Shown piece after piece: positions 1-11,875 of a stretch of DNA of 64,000 nt (position 1 is its first letter; each line of letters starts with the position of its first letter). A program made the translations under genes and the position numbers. This DNA is from an uncultured Nitrososphaeraceae archaeon (GTDB taxonomy: Archaea > Thermoproteota > Nitrososphaeria > Nitrososphaerales > Nitrososphaeraceae), in NCBI GenBank assembly GCA_963729045.1, contig CAVSMN010000010.1:96001-160000 (forward strand), read 5' to 3'. The notes beneath the pieces are model-generated. The model saw only the letters and a program-made list of their open reading frames with translations, was not told where the DNA came from and searched no databases.

Positions 1-1469
1 ATTACATCATTTCTCATATTTTGAATAATATCAATCAAGTTTGCAGAATATTCATCTAATTTGTATGCGGATAGATTGATATTTATTAAAGTATCCAATT
101 GTAGTTTGGCTAGGCTCTGGTGATCTTTTTTTAGATTCTCTAGTTTATGCTCCAAGGTATCGGTACTACCATCAATATCAAAATCATAATTTAATAGAGT
201 ACGCTCTGCAGATATTATATTTTTCTCCTTCCTCTTGAATTCCATCTCCTCTTTGTTTAGTTTGGAAATTTCAGAGAGTATAGACTGTTTCTCTTTAATC
301 TTTTTGTTGAGTTCAAAATTAATATGAGAAATATCAAACATTTGGTTAAGCGACATGATTTCAGAGTTACAAACAGGACATTTGCCATCTTTAATTTGGA
401 TTTTTTGAGCACATTCTGTAAATCCTCTTAACTTTCCTATCTCCCCCTCTACTTTGATAACTCTACTGTTTAATTCATCTAATTCGGAATTGACCATCTG
501 AATAGTGATATAGACTTCGTCTTTGTCCCTCAAAAATCTAACAGCACTTTTTATGTCCACAATCATTCTTTGTGATCTATCAATTTCTGTTTTCAAAGAA
601 TTTGATCGTTCTCGGAAATATTTTAATAAAGTATTTTCTAAAGATCTGATCTCAGAAAGTTTAGCTATTTTTGGCTCAAGAATTTCGATTTGTTTTTCCA
701 ATTCATTTAATGTTTCTGTTTTTTGAGATAATTGTACGAGGACGGTATTTAACGTTTGTTTTGATTGCAAGAGTCTAGATTCATTATCTTTAGTTTTCTT
801 AATGAGAATGTTTATTTGATTATCGTCATAACCTTGGGTTTTTTCTCGTAGTATTTTTCTAAATTCTTCAATAACAGTATGCATATTATTGAAAGATTTA
901 TCCAATCTATCTAATCCAATCATGTTATTTAGTAATTCTTTAAATTCCCTAGGTTGTGAATCTATTATTTTACTAATTTCACCTTGTTGAATAATGCCAG
1001 CTATTTGCAATTTAGTATAGTTAATCCCCATTATAGACTCCGTTTCATGGATTACTGATTCACCAAGTTGCTTTCGTTCACCAGAGATCATTGGTCTGTA
1101 GATGGATTTGTTATTTTGATCCATCTCCAAATTATTGTTGCCACTTTTAATCACCTGTTCTAATTTAACCGAAGTCAATCGGCCTTGGCTATCTATTTGT
1201 CTTTTGATCCTATAATTTGTGGACCCAATAGAGAATTCTAAAATAACATACGATCCCGTTTCATTATTAACATATCCACCCATTCCTCTTGTTAGCAAAT
1301 TCTTGTTAGATTTGCGAGTGTGTTCATCGAATAGGGCAAAAGTTATAGAATCGATAATACTGGATTTACCTGAACCGTTGTGCCCCACAAAAACTGTAAT
1401 GCCAGGATGAAACTCAAGAATAGTATCGGTGTGTGACAAAAAGTTGTTTAAAACAATCCTTTTTATCAA
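1..1469 (-). CDS. rad50: DNA double-strand break repair ATPase Rad50 (5' part, runs off window)
   Basis: Manual translation from TTG at 1469: LIKRIVLNNFLSHTDTILEFHPGITVFVGHNGSGKSSIID (Walker A). Coiled coil follows, with zinc hook GKCPVC near 370-390. Directly downstream of mre11. Confidence 0.93.
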   Translation of the reverse strand, partial: MIKRIVLNNFLSHTDTILEFHPGITVFVGHNGSGKSSIIDSITFALFDEHTRKSNKNLLTRGMGGYVNNETGSYVILEFSIGSTNYRIKRQIDSQGRLTSVKLEQVIKSGNNNLEMDQNNKSIYRPMISGERKQLGESVIHETESIMGINYTKLQIAGIIQQGEISKIIDSQPREFKELLNNMIGLDRLDKSFNNMHTVIEEFRKILREKTQGYDDNQINILIKKTKDNESRLLQSKQTLNTVLVQLSQKTETLNELEKQIEILEPKIAKLSEIRSLENTLLKYFRERSNSLKTEIDRSQRMIVDIKSAVRFLRDKDEVYITIQMVNSELDELNSRVIKVEGEIGKLRGFTECAQKIQIKDGKCPVCNSEIMSLNQMFDISHINFELNKKIKEKQSILSEISKLNKEEMEFKRKEKNIISAERTLLNYDFDIDGSTDTLEHKLENLKKDHQSLAKLQLDTLININLSAYKLDEYSANLIDIIQNMRNDV

Positions 1470-1471
1470 TC

Positions 1472-2725
1472 TTAATCACCTTTCCCATCTATGTTTGATT
1501 CATTCAAATTTTGATAGGTTGATTTGTTATTTTCAAAAAACTTCCAAACGTAATTGGCAATTTGATTATTTTTACCTTTATCAAAATTGTTATTATCGTT
1601 GGGGTCATCCGGATTATGAAACATATTGATTAAGTCTAATGATAGATGAGTCAAAGGTTCAGAATGGAGAGATTTTAGAATTAATGAAGACATCTCTTTA
1701 TCCATGTCAAAATCTCCAGATCTATCATAAGAAAATCCAGTGGCGGAATCTTCGTCTAAAATACTCCAGTTATAATATAAAAATGAAGCCCCTAATTGTA
1801 ATAATTGTCTAGATAAGATTTTGGGATCTATATCTGCTCCACCTATTTTTAGATCAATAACAGGCTTCTTTGAGTATTGAGTAGATTCTTGTACGATATT
1901 ACCCAGTTTAGTATCCAATTCGGGATATTCTATTTGGTATTCAAATTGATGTCGTCTCTTTTCTAGCTTTATCCAATGAGTATTAACGTTTGCAGAGACT
2001 TCCGAAAGATCTACTAACAGAAATCCCTTCTCCACGTCTGAAATGGCTTCGTTATGTCCTAGATCAATGGAACCAGGATAAGCCACCATACCTTCGTTTA
2101 GAGTAGGAAATCTTTTCTCAATGTGGTCATGATAGTGACCCATAGCATAATAATCAAATCCGACTGGTAAATCATTAGAAAAAATTTCGCCTGCAAATTT
2201 GTTAAAATCATAGAGGCCTTGATGAAGAACAAGTATTTTTTTTAACCAATGATTTTGGACTGAATGTTTTTGGATGTCATTTTTCATGGTAGACTCTAAT
2301 TTTCTAAATGGTCTAATCAAACCGTTATCAATGTTGGAACGACGTTCCTTATTGAATCCATAAATTAGTAGATTTTCAATTTGAACCGGTGATTCGGGTT
2401 TGAGTCTTCTTGCTAATCCCAAATTATGAAATAGGTATGGCAGAGGTACATCATTGGACCTACTTATGTCATGCTCACCTAATACAAAAAATACTGGAAT
2501 TGATTTTTCTTTTAGTTTTTTTAATTCTCGGGCAAGCCTAATAATGGCCGCACCATTTGGTTTAGGATTATGAAATATATCACCCGCTAAAATGATAGCT
2601 TTTACGTGCTCACTAATGGATTTTTCAACGGCCTCTCCAAATACTTCGTAAAGATCTTCTTCTCGTTCTTGGAGATTGAATTGAGCATAGCCCAAATGAA
2701 TATCGGAAATATGAGATATAAGCAA
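1472..2725 (-). CDS. mre11: DNA repair nuclease Mre11
   Basis: Metallophosphoesterase motifs SDIHLG, AGDIFH, GEHD, GHYH and YPGS; adjacent to rad50. Confidence 0.93.
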   Translation of the reverse strand: MLISHISDIHLGYAQFNLQEREEDLYEVFGEAVEKSISEHVKAIILAGDIFHNPKPNGAAIIRLARELKKLKEKSIPVFFVLGEHDISRSNDVPLPYLFHNLGLARRLKPESPVQIENLLIYGFNKERRSNIDNGLIRPFRKLESTMKNDIQKHSVQNHWLKKILVLHQGLYDFNKFAGEIFSNDLPVGFDYYAMGHYHDHIEKRFPTLNEGMVAYPGSIDLGHNEAISDVEKGFLLVDLSEVSANVNTHWIKLEKRRHQFEYQIEYPELDTKLGNIVQESTQYSKKPVIDLKIGGADIDPKILSRQLLQLGASFLYYNWSILDEDSATGFSYDRSGDFDMDKEMSSLILKSLHSEPLTHLSLDLINMFHNPDDPNDNNNFDKGKNNQIANYVWKFFENNKSTYQNLNESNIDGKGD

Positions 2726-2796
2726 CTATGGTTCAAAAGATCAATGCCATATTTTATTTATTAATTGAAATCATTCTTAAAAAAATGCATCTTAAC

Positions 2797-2970
2797 TTAA
2801 CCGCCACCTGCTCCACCTCCCAATGTACCCCATTGAACTTCTTGATAATTATCAATTAACTCATTTAACAAATCATTGATATCCTTATCTTGTTGTTTTG
2901 AAGAAATATACTCGCTTAGCAGTGATTGGAGTCTCTTATAAGTAATGTCATCTATTTGTAGATTTCTCAT
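2797..2970 (-). CDS. Small 57-aa protein, possible ribbon-helix-helix fold, C-terminal GGGAGGG
   Basis: Manual translation MRNLQIDDITYKRLQSLLSEYISSKQQDKDINDLLNELIDNYQEVQWGTLGGGAGGG; below the ORF-track cutoff. Confidence 0.6.
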   Translation of the reverse strand: MRNLQIDDITYKRLQSLLSEYISSKQQDKDINDLLNELIDNYQEVQWGTLGGGAGGG

Positions 2971-3072
2971 TTCTACCTAGACTATCATGAGAATTTAATT
3001 ATAGATATAGATTTGCACCTGTGTTCAAAGAAAGATTTAACAGTAATACGATTTACCTTAAAATCATAAATA

Positions 3073-3411
3073 ATGTCGATTAATTATCCTACGGAGATTT
3101 TTTCGAACACACTTGGAAGAAAGTTTCTCCTAAATATACTAAGATTTGATAACGGTTATTTTATTTCAATATCAGAGAATGAATCAAAGCTTGGATCTAT
3201 ATCGGTATCTTTAGCTGTGACAAACAAATCAAATACGGCCAGAGTGATTCAAGACAAGAATGATCAATTATTCATTGACACCCTTTCTACCAGAATTTCC
3301 TTGATGAAAAATGGAATCTGCATAATATCAATGTTCACAAAAAATAAATTACATTTAGATGACATGAAAGTAATTAATGAAAAGATCCTTTCGGCAATAG
3401 AGGAGAAGTAA
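3073..3411 (+). CDS. Conserved hypothetical protein, possibly proteasome assembly chaperone 4-like
   Basis: Clean 112-aa ORF abutting the UbiD gene; family assignment is from recalled resemblance only. Confidence 0.5.
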   Translation: MSINYPTEIFSNTLGRKFLLNILRFDNGYFISISENESKLGSISVSLAVTNKSNTARVIQDKNDQLFIDTLSTRISLMKNGICIISMFTKNKLHLDDMKVINEKILSAIEEK

Positions 3412-4882
3412 ATGGTAAAAAAAGAACAAAACAACAAGGATCGAAAGGTTATTTTGAAGAACAACAATTCTAGTAACTCTTCAAAGTCCAAACAAAAGAA
3501 TGTTGAAAATAACATCAGAAAAGATGACTCAGAATTAAAGCATGAATATGATTTAAGAAGCTTTTTATCAAACCTCGAGAAAAGAGGCGAATTAATAACA
3601 ATACACAAGAAAGTAAAAAAGAAGTTTGAACTTGCTGCAATAATAAGTAAATTCGATAAGAAAGAGGCGGTAATGTTTACCAACGTCGACGAATCTAAAT
3701 TCAAAGTTGTTTCAAATATCTTGGGAACTAGGGAACGCTTTTTTTATGGGATTGAGTCTTCAACCCCAACTAGCAAAATCGATTTATCTAACTTAGGAAA
3801 CATTGGATCAGAATATTATCCAAAAGAATTTTCAAATGATGCACTATTTAATAATAATAGTACTAGAAATCTTTATGATCTTCCAATCATAAGTCATTTT
3901 GAAAAAGATGCGGGCCCATTTATCACCTCATCTACAGTATATGTAAAAGACCAAGAGAATGGAAATCAAAATTCTTCAGTTCACAGAATGTTACTGCTTA
4001 ATAATAGCCAAATGGTAATAAGAATGGTAGAGGGCAGGCATCTTCATAAATGCTTCGTTTACGCTAAAGAGCATAAAGAAGATTTGAAAATTAATGTTGT
4101 AGTTGGAGTGCATCCAGCTCTAAATATTGCAGCAGCATATCAAGCAGCATATGGAATTGATGAAATTGCAATTGCAAATTATCTCTTGAATGGAAATCTA
4201 AAGCTTGCAAAGAATGATTATTCTGATTTAATGATACCAAAGCACAGCGAAATAGTAATAGAAGGCAAGATACTTCATGACGAAGTATCCGAAGAATGGA
4301 TGGTCGAGATGCTGAGGACATATGACTTTAAACGAAAACAACCAGTTTTTGAAATTAATAAAATTTGGTACAGGGATAATCCCATATATTATGATATATT
4401 GCCTGGATACACAGAACACAGGTTATTAATGGGATTGCCCATCGAAGCCAAAATTTTTAGTTACGTTAAGAATACTGTTCCCTCTACTAGAACTGGTACA
4501 CTTATCCGATGGAGGGAGTAACTGGTTAACCGCAATCGTACAAATTAAGAAGAGACTAGAGGGTGAACCAAAAAATGCAATTTTAACTGCATTTGCAGCA
4601 CACCCGTCTCTTAAGACTGCAATTATAGTTGATGAAGATATTAATCCCTGGAATCCTGTAGAAGTTGATTATGCCGTTTCAACTAGAACCCAAGCGGATA
4701 AAGATTTTCTAATAATAACAAATGCAAAGGGTTCAAGTTTAGATCCCTCCAGTGATCAAACCAATCTATTAACTACAAAATTGGGAATAGACGCTACGAT
4801 TTCTCTTCTCAAAGATAAAGAGAGATTTGAGATTGCTAAAATACCTGGTGCGGATAATATCGATATCAAAAAGTATGTATAA
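3412..4882 (+). CDS. UbiD-family decarboxylase (probable anhydromevalonate phosphate decarboxylase), frameshift near 4490
   Basis: UbiD motifs (DLPI..HFEKDAGPFIT, SVHRM, EIVIEG). A second frame continues LVHLSDGGSNWL...IVDEDI...GSSLDPS...KLGIDAT to TAA at 4880-4882. Confidence 0.88.
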
Positions 4883-5010
4883 AAAGAAAAAGATAGTTAC
4901 ATAAAATCATGAAGTTCTAAATCTGTGTATTCTTAGACAGAAATCTTTTGGCAGAGATTAATTCAAAAGGATCAGAAGTACTCTAAATTAAGCAAGAATG
5001 AAAAAGAAAT

Positions 5011-5469
5011 TTAGAAAATCTGCATTATAAGAACAGATAGAATCGCACCATACAATAAGTGGCCAATTAAACTTGTGATGGACGGACCAAGTCCTAATGG
5101 ATGTTTAAATGGATCAATTCCGGTTATGGGTTTGTGAATTGGCAGTAGCGTTAGAACCCATAAAACTAGACCATATATGATGCCTACGAAAAACACCATA
5201 GTGCTTAAGAATGGAACCAAAGTCAGTAAAAAATAAAATCCAATTCCCCCCAATCCGCCATTTACAAAATGAAGAAAAAAAAGTCCAGGAAAATTAATCT
5301 GCGTTCCATCAGTTCTAAAAAATTTGCTATATAACACCTGATTTTCATGCCATTCAAGAACCCCTTCTAGTCCCCACTTTCTCCAAAAAGGAAATTCGAA
5401 AATAGACATCATCAGTGTAGAAAATAATCCAGCCAGTAAACTTAAAAACATGGAATAATATTCCACCAT
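5011..5469 (-). CDS. Multi-pass membrane protein
   Basis: 152 aa with about four hydrophobic segments; LHF and GHLLYG motifs. Confidence 0.75.
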   Translation of the reverse strand: MVEYYSMFLSLLAGLFSTLMMSIFEFPFWRKWGLEGVLEWHENQVLYSKFFRTDGTQINFPGLFFLHFVNGGLGGIGFYFLLTLVPFLSTMVFFVGIIYGLVLWVLTLLPIHKPITGIDPFKHPLGLGPSITSLIGHLLYGAILSVLIMQIF

Positions 5470-5699
5470 GCGGTTATACCCAGGTTATATGGAATATAAT
5501 GTATTATCTGAATTGCAAATTAGTTGGCATTAGATAGAAAACAGAGGATTCTAGGAAACAAGTAGACTCCGGTAATTATCATTTTAGCATTGTAAGACAT
5601 ATGGTCTGAATATTATATTGAACCTCAAGCCAAAATATCAAGAGGTCTTATGTTAATATGCATCGGCAAAGAGAACCTGCCTTTATCAATCAGCCAGCC

Positions 5700-5730
5700 C
5701 ATCTCATCTCATCTCATCTTATCTTATCTC
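5700..5730 (+). repeat. Short pentamer tandem repeat (catct/tatct)n
   Basis: catctcatctcatctcatcttatcttatctc. Confidence 0.6.
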
Positions 5731-6090
5731 ACCAAAACAAATCATGGAGAAATGTTTGATATTCCATCGGAATCAAACGCACCTACAAAAATCACATGTC
5801 TTTGTTTGACAAGTCTCTACAAATTATCACCTATATGGTATTTACAGCAGAAATGATTCACAATCAGAACTTTAATACATCTATGGGCTTTCAAATATAC
5901 AAATTATTGATTGCTTGCGGGCTTTATAGAAGGATTGAATCCATATAACCTTAGCAAAATCAAGTTTTAACCAATCAAGTATCAACTAAAGTAATATCAA
6001 AAACAATAGCAGAAGCAAAAAACTGTATCATAGGTGAACAAATATGAGAGTAATATAGAAGAATAAATACTAGGAAATTAATAGTTTAGT

Positions 6091-6294
6091 ATGAACCGCC
6101 TGATAGTCGAATCCTACACCAACTCGACAATAAACACAATTTTAGATGACATATCTAAAAAGTATCAAATCGATACATCCAAAGAGCAGCTTGATGAGGA
6201 TATTCCGATTAATGAAATTAAATTCAAATATAGAACTTATTCTGAAGTGGTTAAAATGCTCTACAAGAGTGCAGGCGTAGTCAACGCAATTTAG
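6091..6294 (+). CDS. Small hypothetical protein
   Basis: 67-aa ORF with plausible composition. Confidence 0.4.
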   Translation: MNRLIVESYTNSTINTILDDISKKYQIDTSKEQLDEDIPINEIKFKYRTYSEVVKMLYKSAGVVNAI

Positions 6295-6449
6295 GTTCTA
6301 ACTTTCATTAGTTTTATATGACCAGTAGTACAGGCTTCTGAACCTTCTTCATGTTCGTGCAAAAGCTTTTTTGCATTTTCCTCAGGTAATTTTTCTGTTG
6401 AAATATAACCACATTTTTCACAAATAACAATATAGCTCCAGCCAACCAA
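6291..6449 (-). CDS. Small putative zinc-finger protein (52 aa)
   Basis: Manual translation MVGWSYIVICEKCGYISTEKLPEENAKKLLHEHEEGSEACTTGHIKLMKVRT (CxxC plus H/C/H). Confidence 0.6.
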   Translation of the reverse strand: MVGWSYIVICEKCGYISTEKLPEENAKKLLHEHEEGSEACTTGHIKLMKVRT

Positions 6450-6742
6450 ATAGATTTCATTGTAGTTATTAGCCTTCGATATTTATCTATATGTGCAAAT
6501 TACCAGATAAGAATCTGGATGATTACCACATTCATGATTTGAAAAAGAAAATACAATTTAAACCAAAAGAATAGGGATTAAAAATTTTGGAAATCTTTGT
6601 AAATCAGAATTCATTTTTTTGAACTGGATAATAAATAATGACCTTTTGATTGAAAATGATAGAGGGAATAGAATTACAAAAGACAGTGGTTTCAATTTAA
6701 TCGAGTTTTGAATCAATAGATGATAAAATCTTAAATAGAGAT

Positions 6743-7413
6743 TTGAGTCTGCTATGTGTAATGAGTTGCAAAGATAGTTTTATTCGATATCCCCTACTTA
6801 TTGTCACAATAATTATAGGAACAGGGATAGTATTGATATTTCAAAATTCAACTGTAATAGAAGCAGATGCGACAACCTTAACACAAGATAATTCAAACAT
6901 CACCACTTCCACTTCCACTTCCACTTCACTCTACCAACGGGACGGCCACTACATCTACTTTGAATAATACATTCCATCATGATTCTGTCCGGGAAATTAA
7001 TAAACTAACATCGGCATTTGGATTACCATTTTATGAACTAACGGATGCCAAAGATACAGGTAAAGAAGTACTGAAATATTGATCCGCAACAAACCAAGGA
7101 CTCTTACATAGCTCAGGGCAATATGAAAGGAATAGGCAATGTTACTGAATATGGTACATATATATCAACTTATTCATCACCTGAAATTAGCAGCATTGGT
7201 AAAGGGATGATAGTTCAAAATGATAATGTAGCAACATTTACTGCTGAGGATACTGGGAAATATGACAGCGACGGGAATTTACTATTGAAAGGAACTATGT
7301 TCTTCCAATCGGATGATAAGAAAATGGAAAACATTGATGGAAAGGTAGGGCTTTATCTTTACTGGAAAGATACTAACGGTACCGACTGGACAAAAACATG
7401 GTTATGGAAATAG
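6743..7413 (+). pseudogene. Secreted beta-rich hypothetical protein split by frameshifts
   Basis: Signal-like ORF 6743-6967 followed by ORF 7123-7413; the latter resembles the 10038 protein in style. Confidence 0.5.
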
Positions 7414-7942
7414 ACAAAGTTACTGACAAGATATTTGAGTTTATAGAAAGATGGAGTCTAAAGACAACTAATACAATTTTTTTATTTCTAGTTAATAAAA
7501 CCAATCGATTTCTTTTAGATTATCTTAATTAGTAGGTTTGGTGATCTAAATAATTATGTGATAAACTATGAATGCAAAAATGGGTTCTCGTTTAATAATT
7601 TCAAATCTCTTTATGAAATAATGTCGAGGATGATCAAAGAGTTATTATCATCTTTTTAAAAACAAATTCTCAACAAGTTGTAATTTATCCTATTATACTA
7701 TATTTATGATAATCAAAGTAATGCCATCTTGAGCTCGATATCAAAAATTGGGCAATCGTCTAGTAAAATTAGTAATATGATTTTTTGGTGGTAGGTGCTA
7801 GACATATTTTACATTTTACATTTTTGTGGATATCATATGAAATTAAGTTTCTGGAGCGGTGCTTTTCATCAGGATCAAAATTGTATAATGTATAAGTACA
7901 TCACAAAATAGTGCATACGATTACACGAGAAACGCCCTGGTT

Positions 7943-8996
7943 ATGTATATCTTTTTTTCTAAAGTTCATATGGAAAGCATAGACCTCGCAAAAATAATTC
8001 CTCGCAAAAAGACCCTGCAAGCATTATCAATGATAATGTTACTTTCTTTTTCATCTGCAATTGTCTCGGGTTTCAACTTAGAAAATAGAATAACCATGGC
8101 AAGTCAACAAACCCAAAAAACAAAAGAATTTACATTAATAGCAGAAGAAACAACCCTAAACATCTCTCCGAGCAAAAGAATTAATGCATGGACCTATAAT
8201 GGTACCATTCCTGGTCCGACTATTCGTGTTACCGAAGGAGATAAAGTTGTTGTGCATTTCATAAACAATCTAAAGATATCATACACAGTTCACTTTCATG
8301 GTGGTCATAATGGAACGGTGGATGGAGTTTTTGAAATAGTTCCTCCAAATCAAACATTTACGTACGAGTTTATAACTACTCCGGCTGGTGCTTTGATGTA
8401 TCATTGCCACGTCATGCCAGTGGTTGAACACGTAAGAATGGGGCTATACGGAGCATTTATTATGGATCCCAAAGTTCCTTTACCTCCAGCAAAGGAATTT
8501 TTGCTTGTATTTGGAGATTATGATTCGACCAATATACTCACCAATGATCCAGAAAGCACTGTTTTTCAATGGATATGAAAACATTCACTATGATAATCCC
8601 CTTCCAGTATATGAAAATGAAACAGCAAGAGTTTATTTAATAAATTTGGCTCAACTTCCCGCATACGGATATCATGTGCATGGAACGTTATTTAAGACGT
8701 GGATTTCTGGAATTCTTATGAATGATCCTATTTATACTCAAACTTGGGCTACTGCATCAGGTGATGCGGCGGTTTTTGAATTGAAATGGCCTTGGACTGG
8801 AAATTTTCTCTTTCATATGCATGGAATTCCTGAGGAACGAGGATCTATGGGATATTTCAATGTCTCCTTGCCAAATGAAAACATGGTAGACGGAAAAGAT
8901 ATAGCGATTACAAAGTCAGTCAGCATGATAGACTGGCAACAGAATCTGACAAAAACGCTGCAAAACGCTACTGCCATAACAAATCAAACAAAATAA
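7943..8996 (+). CDS. Two-domain multicopper oxidase (NirK/small-laccase-like), frameshift near 8560
   Basis: WTYNGTIPGPTIRVTEGD, VHFHG and MYHCH..H..MGLYG in domain 1. YHVHG and FLFHMH in the overlapping ORF 8505-8996. Confidence 0.88.
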
Positions 8997-9502
8997 TTTT
9001 TCTTTTTATTAAGATGAAATTAACATAAGATTTATTCCATTACTGCAATAAATAGATATTATTCATAAAAGACATAAAACACAGGAGATCACTAATTTGA
9101 CAATAGAAAGGAAGAGACAGACAGAGAGAGAAGAAAATGATAAAGGTATGATGTCGATAAGAATTATTCAAAATTGAAATTACCATTTATTATCCAATTA
9201 CAATAGCAATAAATGGTATTGATTGTCATAATAAATAGCATGTCAAACAATATACTAATACTTTCTGAACGCTAATGATTTTTTCACGAATTTCTATTCC
9301 CTAAATTTTCATAAATAATATGCAGTTAGAGGTAGCATCGCTAAAAGAATGAGAAAAATTTTGTAGAATAATTAATAATTACTAAAACATTAGTATGCTA
9401 TTAGTAAAATAATCACAAAAAAAAATAAAATATTGATCATCCTTTTGTAATAAGAAAGCTAGATAACTATTTGAAGCAAGTGGTAAATATCATATCTTTT
9501 CA

Positions 9503-9835
9503 TTGGAAAACATGGGTAAATTAATTACTGGAATTCTTTCAGTTTTTATAGTAACAGGCATATTGGGTGTTTATATCCCAAATGCTTTGGCAACACTAGG
9601 CACACCATTGGAAATTTGTAGTGGAAATAGTGCAGCAGGCCAAGCAGGTAATAGTGCTGCTGAACAGGAAACAGAACTAGGACAGAGCGGTGACACAGGA
9701 GCACAATCTGTTTCGCCAGAATTTAATGCGTTAACAGGAAATAACCTTGGTGTTGAAGCACATCAAAATGGTGAATGCATACCAACTTTTGAACAACCAC
9801 CCACCGATTCAACAGTACCAACTCCTCGAAATTAA
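9503..9835 (+). CDS. Secreted Q/N/G-rich small protein
   Basis: Signal peptide; AEQ...GQS...AQSVS...GNNLG motif shared with the 16616 and 20849 ORFs. Confidence 0.7.
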   Translation: MENMGKLITGILSVFIVTGILGVYIPNALATLGTPLEICSGNSAAGQAGNSAAEQETELGQSGDTGAQSVSPEFNALTGNNLGVEAHQNGECIPTFEQPPTDSTVPTPRN

Positions 9836-10037
9836 AGAGATAGATTAAGGCACAAAGCCAACTCATTTAATAAATGCGCCCAATCTTCTTTTTTTCTTTT
9901 TTTGTATCAATTACTAAATCAATTCTAAAGAATATAGTTGGATATTCATAACTTGCCAACATACCAATAATGGGATTAAAGATCTCAATTATTCTAACAC
10001 AACATGTTTTAAAAGATGTGAAAGAGATATGTGAACA

Positions 10038-10448
10038 ATGATAAATATTTGGAAAAAAATATTTGATGAAATAGATGTTCCAACCAATAGCAGAATAATT
10101 TCAGAGGATAAAGATAAATCAATAATCGAAAGAGAAAGCAGCTGGACAGGCAACATTAAAGGAATAGATTCGTTTCCAAATGGTACTGTAGAGGGTCATG
10201 GGCGTTCAGTTATTTTTGAAAATGGTGTCTCCATATCCAACTGGCAAGGTATTTTGACCATAGAAAACGGGCAAGAAATATCCTTTGTTGGAAAAGATAC
10301 AAGCAAGAATGGCAAATACTATGTACTAAGAACGTACTTTACTCACAATGAAGAGCTAAAAGATCTTGACGGCATGGTTTGTTTCTTAGACGGAGTATTT
10401 GATTCCAAAAACAAATCATATACTTGTAGTGGATACAGATTAATCTAG
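10038..10448 (+). CDS. Hypothetical beta-rich protein
   Basis: Clean 136-aa ORF. Confidence 0.65.
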   Translation: MINIWKKIFDEIDVPTNSRIISEDKDKSIIERESSWTGNIKGIDSFPNGTVEGHGRSVIFENGVSISNWQGILTIENGQEISFVGKDTSKNGKYYVLRTYFTHNEELKDLDGMVCFLDGVFDSKNKSYTCSGYRLI

Positions 10449-10673
10449 AAATGCACCTGAGTTGCAGCTTCACTCGTGTGATGACGACAGCAGGTATTCT
10501 ATATTATTATCTAGATCAATAAATAATCTCAAGGTAAGCAAGTGTTTGACAAATTAATGCTCAAATAATGAACGTTTTTTTTCTGATTATTTGTCTTGAC
10601 TTTTATCGTCTTTGCTATCTCAAGATCAAGAAATTATCATCGTATTAGCAATTCTAGACCGGTCTGAATCACA

Positions 10674-10814
10674 TCATAATGTAAAATTAGGACAATTACA
10701 TCCCTCAACCTTGCAAAAAGGTGGAGCATTGCCCATACCCATGGCTACATGAACGGATTTCGGATGGTTGCATACTTTACATGTTACAAAATCTTCAGGT
10801 CTACTAATGCTCAT
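10674..10814 (-). CDS. Small Cys/His-rich putative metal-binding protein (46 aa)
   Basis: Manual translation MSISRPEDFVTCKVCNHPKSVHVAMGMGNAPPFCKVEGCNCPNFTL. Confidence 0.6.
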   Translation of the reverse strand: MSISRPEDFVTCKVCNHPKSVHVAMGMGNAPPFCKVEGCNCPNFTL

Positions 10815-10942
10815 GTATATTGATTAGTTATTATTTTATAAAAAGCATAACTATTTCAGGTATAATCTACCAAGTCTATTAACCATAAATTGTGGTGCAG
10901 ATCAATAAACCACAAAAAAAATATGGTTGTTCTTGTGTTCTC

Positions 10943-11317
10943 CTATCTATTTTCCTGGTATAGCCCGAACATGTTGCCCTCACTATCTAAATATATTTCA
11001 TAATACCCCATATTCGGGATTTCTGTTTTTGGTACAATGATCTTACCTCCTGCCTGTTCAATTTTTTGCATATATTCCGCTATTGAATTAACAGTAATGT
11101 AATTAGTAACTTTGTGTTCCTGAGATTGTCTTTTCATCATTCCTCCACTCAATCCTTTGTTCCCATTCTCATCTTTTGTCTCAACAAACCAGTAATCTTT
11201 ATCAGGGTTTTCAGGATTTCCCCACTTCTCCATTTCCCATCCAAATACCTCTTTATAGAATTTCCTTGCCCTTTCTACATCACCAGCAGGAAATTCAAAG
11301 TGTTGGATATTAGGCAT
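10943..11317 (-). CDS. VOC/glyoxalase family protein
   Basis: HFEFPAGDVERARKFY..VFGW; AGGKIIVPKTEIP; DSEGN.FGL. Confidence 0.9.
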   Translation of the reverse strand: MPNIQHFEFPAGDVERARKFYKEVFGWEMEKWGNPENPDKDYWFVETKDENGNKGLSGGMMKRQSQEHKVTNYITVNSIAEYMQKIEQAGGKIIVPKTEIPNMGYYEIYLDSEGNMFGLYQENR

Positions 11318-11875
11318 TGTAGTCCTGTCTCATTTACCATCGACATTGTAATTTTCTTTTTATGTAATGAAGAATTGTTCAAGTAATTTTTACAAAATCA
11401 ATACTATAAAAATTAGTATGGGATCAAAGGTATAGCAATTAGAATAATACAAATTCCCATGCATCATAACATTCCCCAACACCTACTCAAAGATCTTGAA
11501 GTTAGCTTTGTTCCAGATGGTTTATGTTCAAACCAATTCATTGAGCTTCCTTATTTATTTTAGTTTTTTACATAAAATACTAAAAGGGAATATACTATAG
11601 GACTAGTTTAAAAAAAATTTGCTCGATAAGTCGGGTAAATATCAAATTCCAAGATTAGATCCTCTCCTCAATCTTTTTATTCCGTTATGTTGTTTTCTTT
11701 CAGGAAAAAGGACCTTTAGGTGTCATCGCCGAACTTTTCAAACACCATCAAAAGGGTCTAGCTTGGATGATTCCTTATTGGAAATATTCTCTCAACAATA
11801 TTTTATTGAGTTGAGTATACATTGTGAAAATTATATGACAAACGAAATTTTAAGATGTAAAGTATATGATACTCT

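Noticed and set aside
523..1629. ORF-track + strand ORFs at 523, 1219 and 1429
   Set aside because: They are antisense shadows of rad50/mre11. The same applies to most short ORFs overlapping longer recognisable genes.
7943..8996. Calling the multicopper oxidase nirK
   Set aside because: The HxH motifs in both domains fit a two-domain oxidase with a trinuclear site; nitrite-reductase identity cannot be supported without phylogeny.
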